Assembly: GCA_032718475.1 (NCBI GenBank)
Contig: JAUCBJ010000176.1
Location: 1 to 64,000 of the forward strand
Reading direction: 5' to 3'
DNA: 64,000 nucleotides
Origin: Nemertoderma westbladi
Lineage: Eukaryota; Animalia; Xenacoelomorpha
Positions 63,501 through 64,000 of this stretch are shown here, one piece after another. A program made the position numbers and the translations under genes. Below the pieces are notes generated by a model. It saw nothing but the letters and a program-made list of their open reading frames with translations, made no database searches and was not told where the DNA came from. Each line of letters opens with the position of its first letter. Within the stretch, counting starts at the first letter, position 1.

Positions 63501-64000
63501 ACGAGATAGGTCGGGGTTGAGACAAAACCAGAATGAGATAGGTCGGGGTTGAGACGAAACGAGATAGGTCGGGGTTGAGACAAAACGGAACGAGATAGGT
63601 CGGGGTTGAGATAAAACCAGAATGAGATAGGTCGGGGTTGAGACGAAACGAGATAGGTCGGGGTTGAGACAAAACCAAAACGAGATAGGTCGGGGTTGAG
63701 ACAAAACGAGATAGGTCGGGGTTGAGACAAAACCAGAACGAGATAGGTCGGGGTTGAGACAAAAAGAGATTGGTCGGGGTAGAGACGAAACGAGATAGGT
63801 CGGGGTTGAGACAAAACCAGAATGAGATAGGTCGGGGTTGAGACGAAACGAGATAGGTCGGGGTTGAGACAAAACCAGAACGAGATAGGTCGGGGTTGAG
63901 ACAAAACGAGATAGGTCGGGGTTGAGACAAAACCAGAACGATATAGGTCGGGGTTGAGACAAAACGAGATAGGTCGGGGTTGAGACAAAACGAGATAGGT
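18527..64000. repeat. Satellite of interspersed 26/31/32-bp units (>45 kb, roughly 1500 units, runs off right edge)
   Basis: The core AACGAGATAGGTCGGGGTTGAGACAA (26 bp) is optionally followed by AACCAG or AACGAG (32 bp) or AACGA (31 bp). I saw a single orientation throughout and no unique insertions. Confidence 0.98.

Noticed and set aside
14549-63988. Hundreds of long ORFs, including the 817-aa (YYRYLPDGTGTDAPVVV)n, 775-aa (HQCRYHQVGTGSTLQRV)n and SQPRPISFCLNPDLSR types
   Set aside because: They are translations of stop-poor tandem repeats, open in several frames and on both strands, mostly without ATG starts or unique termini. There is no sign of real coding.
14574-64000. CRISPR-like appearance of regularly repeated 26-66 bp units
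   Set aside because: There are no unique spacers and no cas genes. The units are head-to-tail tandem repeats in a eukaryotic transposon context.

Overview
Eukaryotic, repeat-dominated window with no evident host genes. Bases 1-14573 hold two related BEL/Pao-type LTR retroelements arranged head to head. Element A (minus strand, 4679 to beyond base 1) appears to be inserted into the 5' LTR of element B (plus strand, 4680-14573). Element B has near-identical LTRs and a frameshifted DUF1759-type gag. It has no recognisable pol, and it carries an extra 3' ORF with three CCHC zinc fingers. The main finding is that neither element has a tRNA primer-binding site. In each one, the 11-12 nt directly after the 5' LTR are the exact reverse complement of a segment at the same relative position in its own LTR, although the two elements use different sequences. 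This points to tRNA-independent self-priming of reverse transcription. The rest of the window is three abutting tandem arrays: a 66-bp array with a B-box-like motif, a 51-bp array with a hairpin, and a >45-kb satellite of 26/31/32-bp units with layered variants and higher-order duplications. The ORF-track entries within these arrays (from about 14.5 kb onward) are repeat artefacts.
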